The notes beneath the pieces are model-generated. The model was not told the DNA's origin. It saw only the letters and a list, made by a program, of their open reading frames with translations, and ran no database searches. 64,000 bases of DNA from Macrostomum lignano (Eukaryota), in contig NIVC01002389.1 of assembly GCA_002269645.1 (NCBI GenBank), forward strand, positions 1 through 64,000, given 5' to 3'. Of this stretch, positions 48,860 to 59,049 are shown piece by piece. The translations under genes and the position numbers were made by a program. Within the stretch, counting starts at the first letter, position 1. Each line of letters opens with the position of its first letter.

Positions 48860-51800
48860 TCAAGACAGCTGGTTTCCAAGAAACTGAGAATTAAGAGCCA
48901 GCAGAAGCTGTTGCTGCTGCTGCTGCTGCTGCTGTTGCTGCTGCTGTTGCTGCGCCAAGGTGGCCAGACTCAGCAGCTGGAGCTGGTGCTGATGCAGGTG
49001 CAGATGCTGGTGCTGCTGCAACTGCTGGTGCTGGTGAAATCCGCCAGGCGGTCGCCTCCTGGAGTAGGGCGCCAGCCGGTGCTGGTGGTGGTTGTGGTGG
49101 TCCTCGCAGCCGGGCGATCCGTTGCACCTGGTCGATGACGGGTTGTCAAAGGCGGCCTTGTCCTGACGCACTCGGTCAAGCATGCCCAGCAGCTTCTTGA
49201 TGGCGCCCTGGGTGAACTGCTCCGCCTCCAGGTCGGCTCGGTCCAGATTCAGCAGTCTGTCGAAGCTGTACTTCTTCAGCCTGTCGTGGTACTTGTGCAT
49301 CCGGTGTGCCTTCAGCCAGGTGAGCAGCTTGGCGCTGTACTCTGAGCTGCAAAGGTGAGGGAAAGACATGGCGATGTGATAAGCATTGCTTTCTGCATTG
49401 ATGAGACTGCAAGCGCCAGAAAGGAGCAGGTTAGGCGCTAGAAGAGAACAGGTGAGGCGCTAGAAGGGAACAGGTGAGGCGCTAGAAGGGAACAGGTGAG
49501 GCGCTAGAAGAGAACAGGTGAGGTGCTAGAAGGGAACAGTTGAGGTGCTAGAAGGGAACAGGTGAGGAGCTAGAAGAGAACAGGTGAGGCGCTAGAAGAG
49601 AACAGGTGAGGTGCTAGAAGGGAACAGTTGAGGTGCTAGAAGGGAACAGGTGAGGAGCTAGAAGAGAACAGGTGAGGCGCTAGAAGAGAACAGGTGAGGC
49701 GCTAGAAGAGAACAGGTGAGGCGCTAGAAGAGAACAGGTGAGGCGCTAGAAGAGAACAGGTGAGGCGCTAGAAGAGAACAGGTGAGGCGCTAGAAGAGAA
49801 CAGGTGAGGTGCTAGAAGGGAACAGGTGAGGTGCTAGAAGAGAACAGGTGAGGCGCTAGAAGGGAACAGGTGAGGTGCTAGAAGAGAACAGGTGAGGCGC
49901 TAGAAGAGAACAGGTGAGGCGCTAGAAGAGAACAGGTGAGGCGCTAGAAGAGAACAGGTGAGGCGCTAGAAGAGAACAGGTGAGGTGCTAGAAGGGAACA
50001 GGTGAGGTGCTAGAAGAGAACAGGTGAGGCGCTAGAAGGGAACAGGTGAGGTGCTAGAAGGGAACAGGTGAGGTGCTAGAAGAGAACAGGTGAGGCGCTA
50101 GAAGGGAACAGGTGAGGTGCTAGAAGGGAACAGGTGAGGTGCTAGAAGAGAACAGGTGAGGCGCTAGAAGAGAACAGGTGAGGCGCTAGAAGGGAACAGG
50201 TGAGGCGCTAGAAGAGAACAGGTGAGGCGCTAGAAGAGAACAGGTGAGGCGCTAGAAGAGAACAGGTGAGGCGCTAGAAGAGAACAGGTGAGGCGCTAGA
50301 AGAGAACAGGTGAGGAGCTAGAAGGGAACAGATAATATCGCAGCGAACTCACCCGCCTCTCTGACTTCCATTGTGTTCAATGGGCAGCTTTGCTGCTGCC
50401 TGAAGCGGTTTGGCGACCTGCTGTGGCTGCGACTTCAAAGTTTGCGGCTGAATCTGATGCGGCAGCGGCTGCGGCAGAATTCCCAGGCCTTGGCGAATTG
50501 AGAGCAGAAAGTCCGATCCAGATTGCAAACTTTGAGATTTTCATGACTCAGTTGCTTCATTAATAACAGCAGCAGCATTGATAACAGTCCCTGCCGTCAG
50601 ATTTCAGCCATGGACAACTTTTTAAAGAAAAAACTTGAAAGTCACTCCGAATCTACCAGACTCCCAGCAAAAGTCACTCCCAGCACCCCAGAAAGTCACA
50701 ACACCCCAAAAAGTTACTCCAAGGACCTCAGAGTCACTCCCAACTTACCGAAAAGTCACTCCCAATCCCCTAGAAAGTCACTCCCAACCTACCGAAAAGT
50801 CACGCTCAAGCTCCCAGAAAGTCACTCCCAACCTCTCGAAAAGTCACTCTCAAGCTCCCAGAAAGTCACTCCCAACCTACCGAAAAGTCACTCTCAGCAC
50901 CTCGGAAAGTCACGGATGGAATGTCACTCCTAGCACCCCAGAATGTCACTCTCAGTCGCCCGTAAATTCGTAAATTCACTCTCAATCTCCCAGGAAGTTA
51001 CTCCTAACTCTCCGGAAAGAAAGTGATTATCTACTCAAGAAAGTCACTCCCAAGTCCCAGCCGCCGAGCCCAGGTTGCGACTGTCCGGCAGTTAGCAAGG
51101 TCTCGGACGCCCCCAGACCCGAGAGGGGCTTCGTGCTAAACAAGCAATTATTTCCAACGCAGGGCAGACTCGGAGCAACAGTGGGAGGCTTTTGTCAATT
51201 ACGGCTGCCAAAGGGGAGACAAAAGAAGGGAGGCCTCAGTTCGGGGGATGAGGACGGGGCTGGGGGTTCGTTTCTCGGGTTGCCGTGTTTCCCAGCCGGT
51301 GTAATTAACGAGTGGGAGCCCTCTGAGTCTGGGCTGAGCTCTGCAGGCGACTGACCCAACTCAATCTGGGAGGCTGGCGAGCAGCTTCATCCAATCTCAC
51401 TCTTCCCGCCCTCTCGCTGCCTCACTCAGCTGTCGGACTCCCATTTCGTGTGTTCCACTTTCTACTTTTTTCTCCCCCCCTTCTTACAGAGCAGTTTGCC
51501 CTAATGAGCCGCTGGGAGGTTGGACTGGGGAGGATGGCGTGAGGCCGGGGGGGGGGAGCCGAGCCGGGAACTCCAAGGTCTGCTCTTCTGCTTCCGGGTG
51601 AAAGCAAACGGAGGCAACGCTTAAATGTTCTTCTATCTGTTCTTGCATCAATGTTATATCGATATATTTTTATACCGACTTTTATTAGGGTGCTGAAGGT
51701 GCCGCACTCAAGTGCCGGGGGTTCGATTCCCGCATGGGTGTGCTCACACACTCGCAATCTCTGAGGGTGAGCAACTCACCTTCAGGAGTCAGCGGAATGG

Positions 51801-52876
51801 AGCTGCGGCAGCGCCCAGAACCCCCCCCCCTGCCGACTGACTAATTTATGTAATGTAACTAATTTATACTGACATTCTAAATGTCACCATCCGTTCGCAC
51901 ACCTGAGACTTTCTGGAAAATCACTCATACCAGATTAAAATTAAGGTAACTCCTCAAAACAGACTGTCGATAGCAGGTTAATAAAGTCACTCAAGAGCAC
52001 CAGAGAGCCACTCCCAGCACACCAGAAAGTCACACCCAGCACCCCAGAGAGCCACTCCCAGCACACCAGAAAGTCACTCCCAGCACCCCAGAAAGTCACT
52101 CCCAGCACCCCAGAAAGTCACTCCCAGCACCCCAGAAAGTCACTCCCAGCACCCCAGAAAGTCACTCCCAGCACCCCAGAGAGCCACTCCCAGCACACCA
52201 GAAAGTCACTCCCAGCACCCCAGAAAGTCACTCCCAGCACCCCAGAAAGTCACTCCCAGCACCCCAGAAAGTCACTCCCAGCACCCCAGAAAGTCACTCC
52301 CAGCACCCCAGAAAGTCACTCCCAGCACCCCAGAAAGTCACTCCCAGCACCCCAGAAAGTCACTCCCAGCACCCCAGAAAGTCACTCCCTGCCACCCCAG
52401 AAAGTCACTCCCAGCACCCCAGAAAGTCACTCCCAGCACCCCAGAAAGTCACTCCCAGCCACCCCAGAAAGTCACTCCCAGCACCCCAGAAAGTCATTCC
52501 CAGCACCTTAGAAAGTCACTCCCAGTACCTCAGAAAGTCACTCCCAGCACCCCAGAAAGTCACTCTAGCTTCACTCCAACTCACCCGCCAGCATCGCCTG
52601 CTGGCTGTTCAACGCAGCTAGCTGGCCGCCGAGTCCGGTTCCCGCAGTCTGGGCAAAGTAGGCCGCAGCGGCGGCGGCGGCGGCAGAAGACTGCGAGGCT
52701 GGCAGCAGCGCGGCGGGTGGCAACAACAGTCCAGGCGGCTGCTGCTGCTGCTGCACCTGGGCAAATGCGGCCAGGAATGCCTGCTGCTGCTGCTGCGATG
52801 CAGAGCCGGAGGCCATGACAGCCTGGCTGGGGTACAGCAGCTGGGCACTTGACAGCGAGTAGAGCTGCATCTGCAT
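48860..52876 (-). CDS. SAMD4: Smaug/Vts1 (SAMD4)-family RNA-binding SAM-domain protein with Q/A- and Q/H-rich regions; 5' exon structure only partly resolved
   Basis: Last exon 49346-48860 encodes WLKAHRMHKY...LEAEQFTQGAIKKLL, matching the Smaug SAM motifs WLKxLRLHKY and TxGAxxK. Upstream exons end at GTGAGT donors at 50353, 51780 and 52585. The first coding exon probably starts MQMQLYS at 52876. Frame continuity needs a 1-nt correction in the G10 run near 51825, and an in-frame TGA near 50545 is unresolved. Confidence 0.75.
49420..50330. repeat. 22-bp minisatellite (GCTAGAAGAGAACAGGTGAGGC)n, about 41 copies, in the last intron of the Smaug-like gene
   Basis: Tandem units. Confidence 0.95.
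50640..51050. repeat. Degenerate copy of the GAAAGTCACTCCCAGCACCCCA minisatellite
   Basis: Recurrent gaaagtcactc motifs. Confidence 0.8.
52000..52570. repeat. 22-bp minisatellite (GAAAGTCACTCCCAGCACCCCA)n directly after a Smaug-like donor site
   Basis: Tandem units. Confidence 0.95.
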
Positions 52877-53469
52877 CGCTGGCTTGGCTAACAGGCGAAT
52901 GAATTTGCAAAACAATCAGATATGGATGGCTAACAGAGAGAGACAGAGGTAGGCAGAGAGTTGGTCACTTAAAACGCGGCCAGAGCAGGTGCTTTTTGCC
53001 TTTTATTTTAACTTGCTCTGTAAGCTATTCTCGAGACCGAGTGGCGTGAGAGAGGGAGAGAGAGAGAAATTGAGAAATATACACAGAGAGAAATGAATAT
53101 GAATGGCGGTTAACCCCCCCCCCCTCCTGCAGGTAGTTGTTGAGGTCGGGTTTTAGCGAGAGATTTTAGCGAGAGCTCTCATTGGCTGGAGATGCAAGCA
53201 GACTGGGAGACTGGGGGGGGGGGGTTGAAGGACACTAAAGCCAATAAATTGGGGAATTTACGAGCTGAGCTGCTGGTTGACGAATGCGAGAAAACGAGAG
53301 TAGGTTTTTGGCGATCATTTTGCTTTGATAGTGAGACTGCATTCTTTCATTCTCCTTCTGTACTGACTCGATCTGATTATGCTATTCTTCTGCCTTTTCC
53401 GCCTTCTTGAGATCATTAATCTCTGTTAGAAAACTCGCACATCTACTTCTTGTGCCCCGCGCGTCTCAC

Positions 53470-53725
53470 TTTCTCACGAATCTCATTCTTCTCATGCATC
53501 TCATTCTCCTCATGCATCTCATTCTCCTCATGCATCTCATTCTCCTCATGCATCTCATTCTCCTCATGCATCTCATTCTCCTTCTCATTCACCTCACTCT
53601 CCTTCTCATGCATCTCCTTCTCCTTCTCATGCATCTCACTCTCCTTCTCATGCATCTCACTCTCCTTCTCATGCATCTCAGTCTCCTTCTCATGCATCTC
53701 ATTCTCCTTCTCATGCATCTCTCCC
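53470..53725. repeat. 18-21-bp ATGCAT-containing C/T-rich minisatellite
   Basis: ctcatgcatctcattctc units. Confidence 0.9.
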
Positions 53726-54454
53726 TCACAAATCTATCTGATAAGCCTCCTTCTCATGCATTTCGCTACCAAAAAGCCTATTAAATTTAACTTCTAGCGA
53801 GGTAATTGCTCAGTAGAGGTGAAACTGCAAACCGCTGGAATTAAAAATTAGTTAATCAAAGACGCAGATCATTATGCTGTGAGAAAGCCACTTTTTCTAT
53901 GCACCTATTAATTTAGCTTGGGAACCAAGGCAAAGGCCCAAAAATGAGTTAATATGTATATCAAACTCGGTACAGGGCTGCAGGTTCAGCTCTCTGCATG
54001 GCCGCTGCCCGTCCAACACTGTTGCGCATAAACAAATTGGCTTTTTTTGCAACTCTTTCAAACCACCTTCTGGCTTTCTCTATTTATTAAAAAGGCACTG
54101 CAGTCAGTGCTGGTTTCTTTTCATGAGCTGCATTAGCTGAATATGACTAAGTGCTAATGTGCTGCGTTGCGCTTTGCCTGCCGAGTTTTTCTGCAGTCGA
54201 GACTTTTTTGGCTTTGATTTTGCTTTAATAAATTATGCCTATAGCTACGAGCGCAAGTGAATGGGGACCAGCAGTTTTCTTGCAGCTTTCTTCTCAGTCT
54301 GACAGCAGTATGCGCCAGCGAAATTTGAATTCTTTTTAGAGATGTCAATAGCACTCAAAGTAGCAGCCGACTAGCTCACAGCCGAAGACCACATCTAGCT
54401 CATAGGATGAGCGGTTATAGACCCACACCCTGCATGAGAGGCCACAGGCAACAA

Positions 54455-54547
54455 ACAAACAAACTAACTAACTAACTAAATAACCAACTAACTAACTAGC
54501 TAACTCACTAACTTACTAACTAACTAACTAACTAACTAACTAAGTAT

Positions 54548-54633
<86 letters not shown>

Positions 54634-54634
54634 C

Positions 54635-54670
<36 letters not shown>

Positions 54671-54678
54671 GCTAACTC

Positions 54679-54751
<73 letters not shown>

Positions 54752-54752
54752 A
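54455..54752. repeat. (ACTA)n microsatellite
   Basis: Long taactaac run. Confidence 0.95.
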
Positions 54753-54965
54753 TCACTAAATAACAAAATGACAATCAAATAAAAAATATACTTTTCTGCG
54801 ATTGACAATGGAAAATTTGGACAATTTTGACACTGTTAGTAGTGTCCAGTCTATTTTATTTTCACTTTGCTCTGAATTCGCTTTAATCACTGCATTTTAT
54901 TACCTCCTGTGAGTGTTTCTTTTTAACAACTGATCAAGACTTTAGGCTCAATTGGGGATAAAACT

Positions 54966-55694
54966 TCAGCCGACGATCCAGACATTGCCAGTCTCGTTGG
55001 CGAAGGCGGTGGCGAAGCTGCTGAGGCGGCAGAGGCCGCTGCTGCTGTTGAAGCGATAGGAGGAGCAGCTGGAAGTCCGGGCGCAGAAGGCGGCGCACTT
55101 CATCCGGCTCTGCGTCTTGACGTCCCAGCCCAGGGAGCTGGCGAATGCAGCGGTGGTGACCAGCGGAGGAGCGGCAGAGGCGGCGAACTTGCGAAAATTT
55201 ATCTGGGATCCTGCAACCGGAGAATGATGAGGTTGGGCATCGCCGAGTTGAATACCATTTAACATACCAAAGCACTCGGTAGCGTTCGCTCACTCGGTGA
55301 CTGAAAATTCTCGTAGATGGAGTTTCTGAACCCTCCGCCGCAGATCTGGCCAGCATTCCCAGAGCAGCTGGTGCTGCACTCAGAGTCTGGCGCGGGACCC
55401 CAGGACCCGTAGCTGGAGCCGCACATGCAGTGCCTGAAATTCTGCAGTCCGAAGTACCGGAAGCCGCCGTAGACGCAGATCTCGCTGCACAGCTGCACCG
55501 TCATGTCGGCTCTTTTTACAGCCGCCTGGGCCATGTAGGTGACGCTGAATGGGCCGAGCTGGGCGATGCCAACGAGGCCCTGCAAGTCTCTGCTGGGAGC
55601 AGCTCGGAGTGGCTTTGCGCTGGCACAGCGACCCGGAGACCAGCAGAGCGGCCACCGCAACACTGAACAATGCTGTGCGACTGCACTGATGCAT
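54966..55694 (-). pseudogene. WSC-PAN/apple secreted protein, copy A (frameshifted by a 26-nt deletion)
   Basis: Exons 55694-55294 and 55210-54966. It lacks the 26 nt encoding VYVGCFVDQ seen in copies B-D. The WSC (CSEIC...CMCG...C...CSG...CGG) and PAN (CAAFC...C..YRF...C.L) parts are otherwise intact. Confidence 0.8.
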
Positions 55695-56089
55695 CGAAAC
55701 CCGTCTGCCTGGAGTGGTTTTTCACCTGCGAGTATATGGCATTTCGCATAGATATGAGCTGTGTTGTAGATAGAATCAATACCTGCTAATCTGCCCTAGT
55801 CTGACACTTTTAAATTCTTTTTTTACTCCTTGATGATGAGGACGGTGTGCATGCAAACCATATGCAGCCTTTCTCAGAGGAAGGCGGTTACAGAAATCGC
55901 TTGAAACTGGAGACTGATTGGAGCGATGAGGTGTTGGATGCTGGGGTGAATGAGCCGTTGGGACATACGTTCTCTTGACGGGTTTCTTAAACTCAAAAGA
56001 ATATTTACTCTGATAGATATTGATTGACAGCTTTTCTGATTTGCTGCCTGTCAGTTGGATCGAGAGAATTCAACTAAAAATTAAACTCA

Positions 56090-57016
56090 TGTAGTGAGCC
56101 GCTAGTTTAGTGTTAGGCGTCCCCCCTTTGTCAGCAGTTTTCTTCGCCTTCGCCCTCGCCCTCGCCCTCGCGGGTCGCTGTCTGCCGCTGGTCAGCCTCC
56201 CGCACCCTCTTGTCTGCCTGTTTGCCGTTCCCGCTCCCCCTTTTTCTGTCTGTTTTCTGCGCTCTTGTTTGCAGACATGATTTTCCCTGCTGTGGTCTGC
56301 TCTTGTTTCCATTCCCGTCCTGTGGTCACAAGTCACATGACAAGTCTTGTTTTCTCGAAGTCCGAAAGTGAACGGCTGGTCCGTGTTTACTGGGGAATCA
56401 CGTGCCCGAGGAAAAGGGGTGACTCATGTTTCTAAAAATAGACACTGAGTCACAGCCTGGCGCACTCTGCCCGGGACCCCAAGTGACGCCAGTTCTAAAA
56501 ATAGAACAAAGTCACGAGGTCTTGTGCGCATTGGGGCAGTGGAGAATCCCGCCTATAAATACGGATCCCCTCGGCCCTCACCTCACCCTTGGATCAGTCA
56601 AGGAGTCCTTTCTCGGTTTCACTGTTCTCCAACCGTTCGTTCGTCCCGCGTGTGCGTACAACTTATCATTCTTTTCTTTGCCTGACCATCCAGCCCAGGC
56701 CCGAGCCTACGAGAGGCTACCTCAGTCCTCCCAACCGCCCTCTTAGCCCGGCAGGTTCTGCTGACGAGACGCTATGTTCGTTGAACTGCAATTCTGCACA
56801 CGGTGCTGTATTCGCTCATCTTTATTATTTCGTCCCGACAGAAGCTCACCTCACCAAAGGCCGAGACCCGACGGACTGGTGGCAGGCAGCACTACCTTAC
56901 CTATGCTATTGAGAGCTACAAGAGAACTTCCAAGAAGAGGCGCGAAACTTAAGGCAGAATTTAAGTGCCTGTAAATCGGGAAGTGAACGCTCTATACTTC
57001 ACTGGTGGCAGCGGTG
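56090..57016 (+). mobile_element. LTR-retrotransposon 5' LTR followed by a tRNA-Leu primer-binding site, with no internal ORFs
   Basis: Starts TG (56090 or 56111) and ends ...ctatacttCA at 57001. Then TGGTGGCAGCGGTG (57003-57016), complementary to the conserved tRNA-Leu(AAG/TAG) 3' end plus CCA. TATA box at 56554. Absent from the paralogous duplicated unit. Confidence 0.7.
56420..56561 (+). promoter_or_regulatory. AP-1 / MEF2 / CRE-like site cluster plus TATA box within the LTR
   Basis: TGACTCA 56420, CTAAAAATAG 56432, TGAGTCA 56446, TGACGCCA 56484, CTAAAAATAG 56495, TATAAATA 56554. Confidence 0.6.
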
Positions 57017-57254
57017 ATATTCCAAGACCTACCAGGCTACCCCGAGACAACCTATACTTCACTCACATAAAGACTCTGTTTTCGTGCAAAAGACTCAAGT
57101 CTGGACACAACTGCACACCAACGTGTTATTTGAATGCTCTTTGGTTCAAGTCTGCCTCCAAAAAGCTGTCATAACCTCAATCCGGTGTATTTCTAAGAGC
57201 GAACGCAGACTACAGTCTAAGTCTATTTCTCAGGACAGTCTGAACACTGAATTT

Positions 57255-57566
57255 TCAGCCGATGATCCACACATCGCCAGTCTCGTTGGCGAAGGCGTTG
57301 GCGAAGCTGCTGAGGCGGCAGAGGCCGCCGTAGACGCAGATCTCGTAGCACAGCTGCACAGTCATGTCGCTTCTGATCACAAGTCCTTGTCTCCTGTCGC
57401 TGATGCTAAATGGGCCGAGCTGGGCAATGCCAACGAGGCCCAGCATGTCTCTGTTGGCATGTCCTTGGTCAACAAAGCAGCCGACGTAGACCGGAGTGGC
57501 TTTGCGCTGGCACAGCGACCCGGAGATCAGCAGAGCGGCGACAACAACGACCAGCTTGCAGCGCAT
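57255..57566 (-). CDS. WSC-PAN paralogue B: intronless in-frame internal-deletion derivative (103 aa)
   Basis: Signal peptide plus the WSC N-half (YVGCFVD...LCYEICVYGG) fused directly to the PAN C-end (LCRLSSFANAFANETGDVWIIG). Confidence 0.7.
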   Translation of the reverse strand: MRCKLVVVVAALLISGSLCQRKATPVYVGCFVDQGHANRDMLGLVGIAQLGPFSISDRRQGLVIRSDMTVQLCYEICVYGGLCRLSSFANAFANETGDVWIIG

Positions 57567-58300
57567 TTTGAATAATTTTTCGAGATGGGAGCATTGGTCG
57601 GGAGAATCTTCCCATATTTATTGACAACTCCTTCTTCTCCGTCAGCTCAAGAGAGGCGGAAAAAGAAGCTTCCCACTGCGGGCTCTCGCTGCAAAAGATC
57701 TCGATAGCTTTTCAAGTAAAAAACAATGCATTTCTTCTGCTCTCGTCGTCTGACGTAGAAAAAAAGTTTAGATTTTTTTTTCTGCAAGATCTCCTAAGCG
57801 GGGAACAAGTAGTGTAGCTCTGCTATAGAAAATATGCGTGGGTCGACTCAGAGTCAAGCTCTGGGCTGAGCTGGAGGCCCGAGATGTGGGAGAGACCCAC
57901 AGCTGCCAGATGCTGCATGGAACGCTTGAGAGCGAAAGATGCAGTAAGTCTCTGAACTCATCAGTATCCAAGTAGTGTCTGTGAAATAAGGGGGTAAAAC
58001 TCCTTTTTTTCTAATTTCATTTCTTCCTCTGCATCAAGAACTGGAAATTCCGTGCGGTCCTCTCTCTCTGGCCCTCGGGTCCTTTGAAACTCAAGCTTTA
58101 TATCTCTTCTCAGCTCTCTTATTTCTCCTCTCTCCCCTCTCACTCGTGTTTTCTCTCCTTTTCTCGGTCATCTCTTCTCTCCTTATAGTATTTTGCCGAT
58201 GAGGTCATTGACACCGACCAACAAAACAGCCGTTATTGACCGGAGCTGGCACAGCGCCCAAAAGCTAGCAGTGCGGCCACCGCAACCGCAACGGGAAGGG

Positions 58301-58640
58301 GGGCTGTAGCCCAGCGGTAGCGCAGCTGCTCTGGTGTGCCAGCGACCCAGGCTCGATTCCAAGTGCAGTCACATTAATTTGGGGCTGGATTGGAATCTTT
58401 GCTTGGCTCTGCTGGTGCGATTAACGGGCTTGAGAGCCAACCCCCCAAGGCGCAGTGAAGTGTACATGCCTAACGATAATATAAAGTTAGGGCCGCTGTA
58501 CACTCCTGTGTGAGTGTGTGCCTGCGTACGTATCCGCGCGCTTGTATGCCTGCTCAGGGGAGTCGGCGGAATGGGCAGTAATGCCTCTCGCCGGTTGTGT
58601 GCCTGTCGCTTAAAGTGCGCCAGGGTGCACACAACCCCCC
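58301..58640 (+). mobile_element. tRNA-derived SINE-like element (degenerate tRNA head 58301-58371)
   Basis: A-box TAGCCCAGCGG and B-box-like GGCTCGATTCC; acceptor-stem pairing GGCTGTA/TGCAGTC. The body is related to 60720-60860 in the opposite orientation. Confidence 0.6.
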
Positions 58641-59049
58641 TGCCTCTAATAAAAAAAACGGCAATGGGAGCTGTGACTCAGCGTCTCTTCTTAGGCTGTG
58701 TTGTCTTGTTGAATTTGGCTGCTATTTGTATTAAAAACAAAAGTGCAAATGCAAACAACTGCCAAGCGCCGCCTTCTTCTGTCGCAGGCAGCATGAATTG
58801 AGAAAATGAATTAACAAGCACGTCATGCATGGTTTAAAGAAGCTAATGCTTTCAAAAATAAACTAAATTATGATTGATTTTCTCTTCGTTTATTGTTTTT
58901 TTCAATAGATTTTAATAGCTCAGTAATAAAACAAAAAAGCAAATCCCATTTGCAAAAACCCAGCAGATTAAAGAAAATAGTTTCCACCAAACCGGAGCGT
59001 TACGTCCTGATACGAGCTGGCAGTCAGATGCTGCCAGACGCTTGGGTCT

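Noticed and set aside
48821-49138. Poly-Leu ORF on plus
   Set aside because: Antisense shadow of the poly-Q tract.
50610-50973. KSHSQ / KVTP repeat ORFs on plus
   Set aside because: Degenerate intronic minisatellite, antisense to the Smaug-like gene.
51700-51740. B-box GGTTCGATTCC suggesting a tRNA
   Set aside because: No recognisable A-box or cloverleaf; at most a SINE remnant.
53407-53797. LLMHL / MHEKE / SFSCI repeat ORFs
   Set aside because: Translations of an 18-21-bp repeat with no splice context or homology.
57600-58140. Conserved upstream block of copies B/D with short ORFs (DEFRDLLHL...)
   Set aside because: Multiple stops and indels between the copies and no recognisable family; treated as duplicated non-coding flank.
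58301-58371. Functional tRNA gene
   Set aside because: Mismatched T-arm, non-canonical B-box and irregular anticodon arm, followed by a repeat body rather than a poly-T terminator; better explained as a SINE head.
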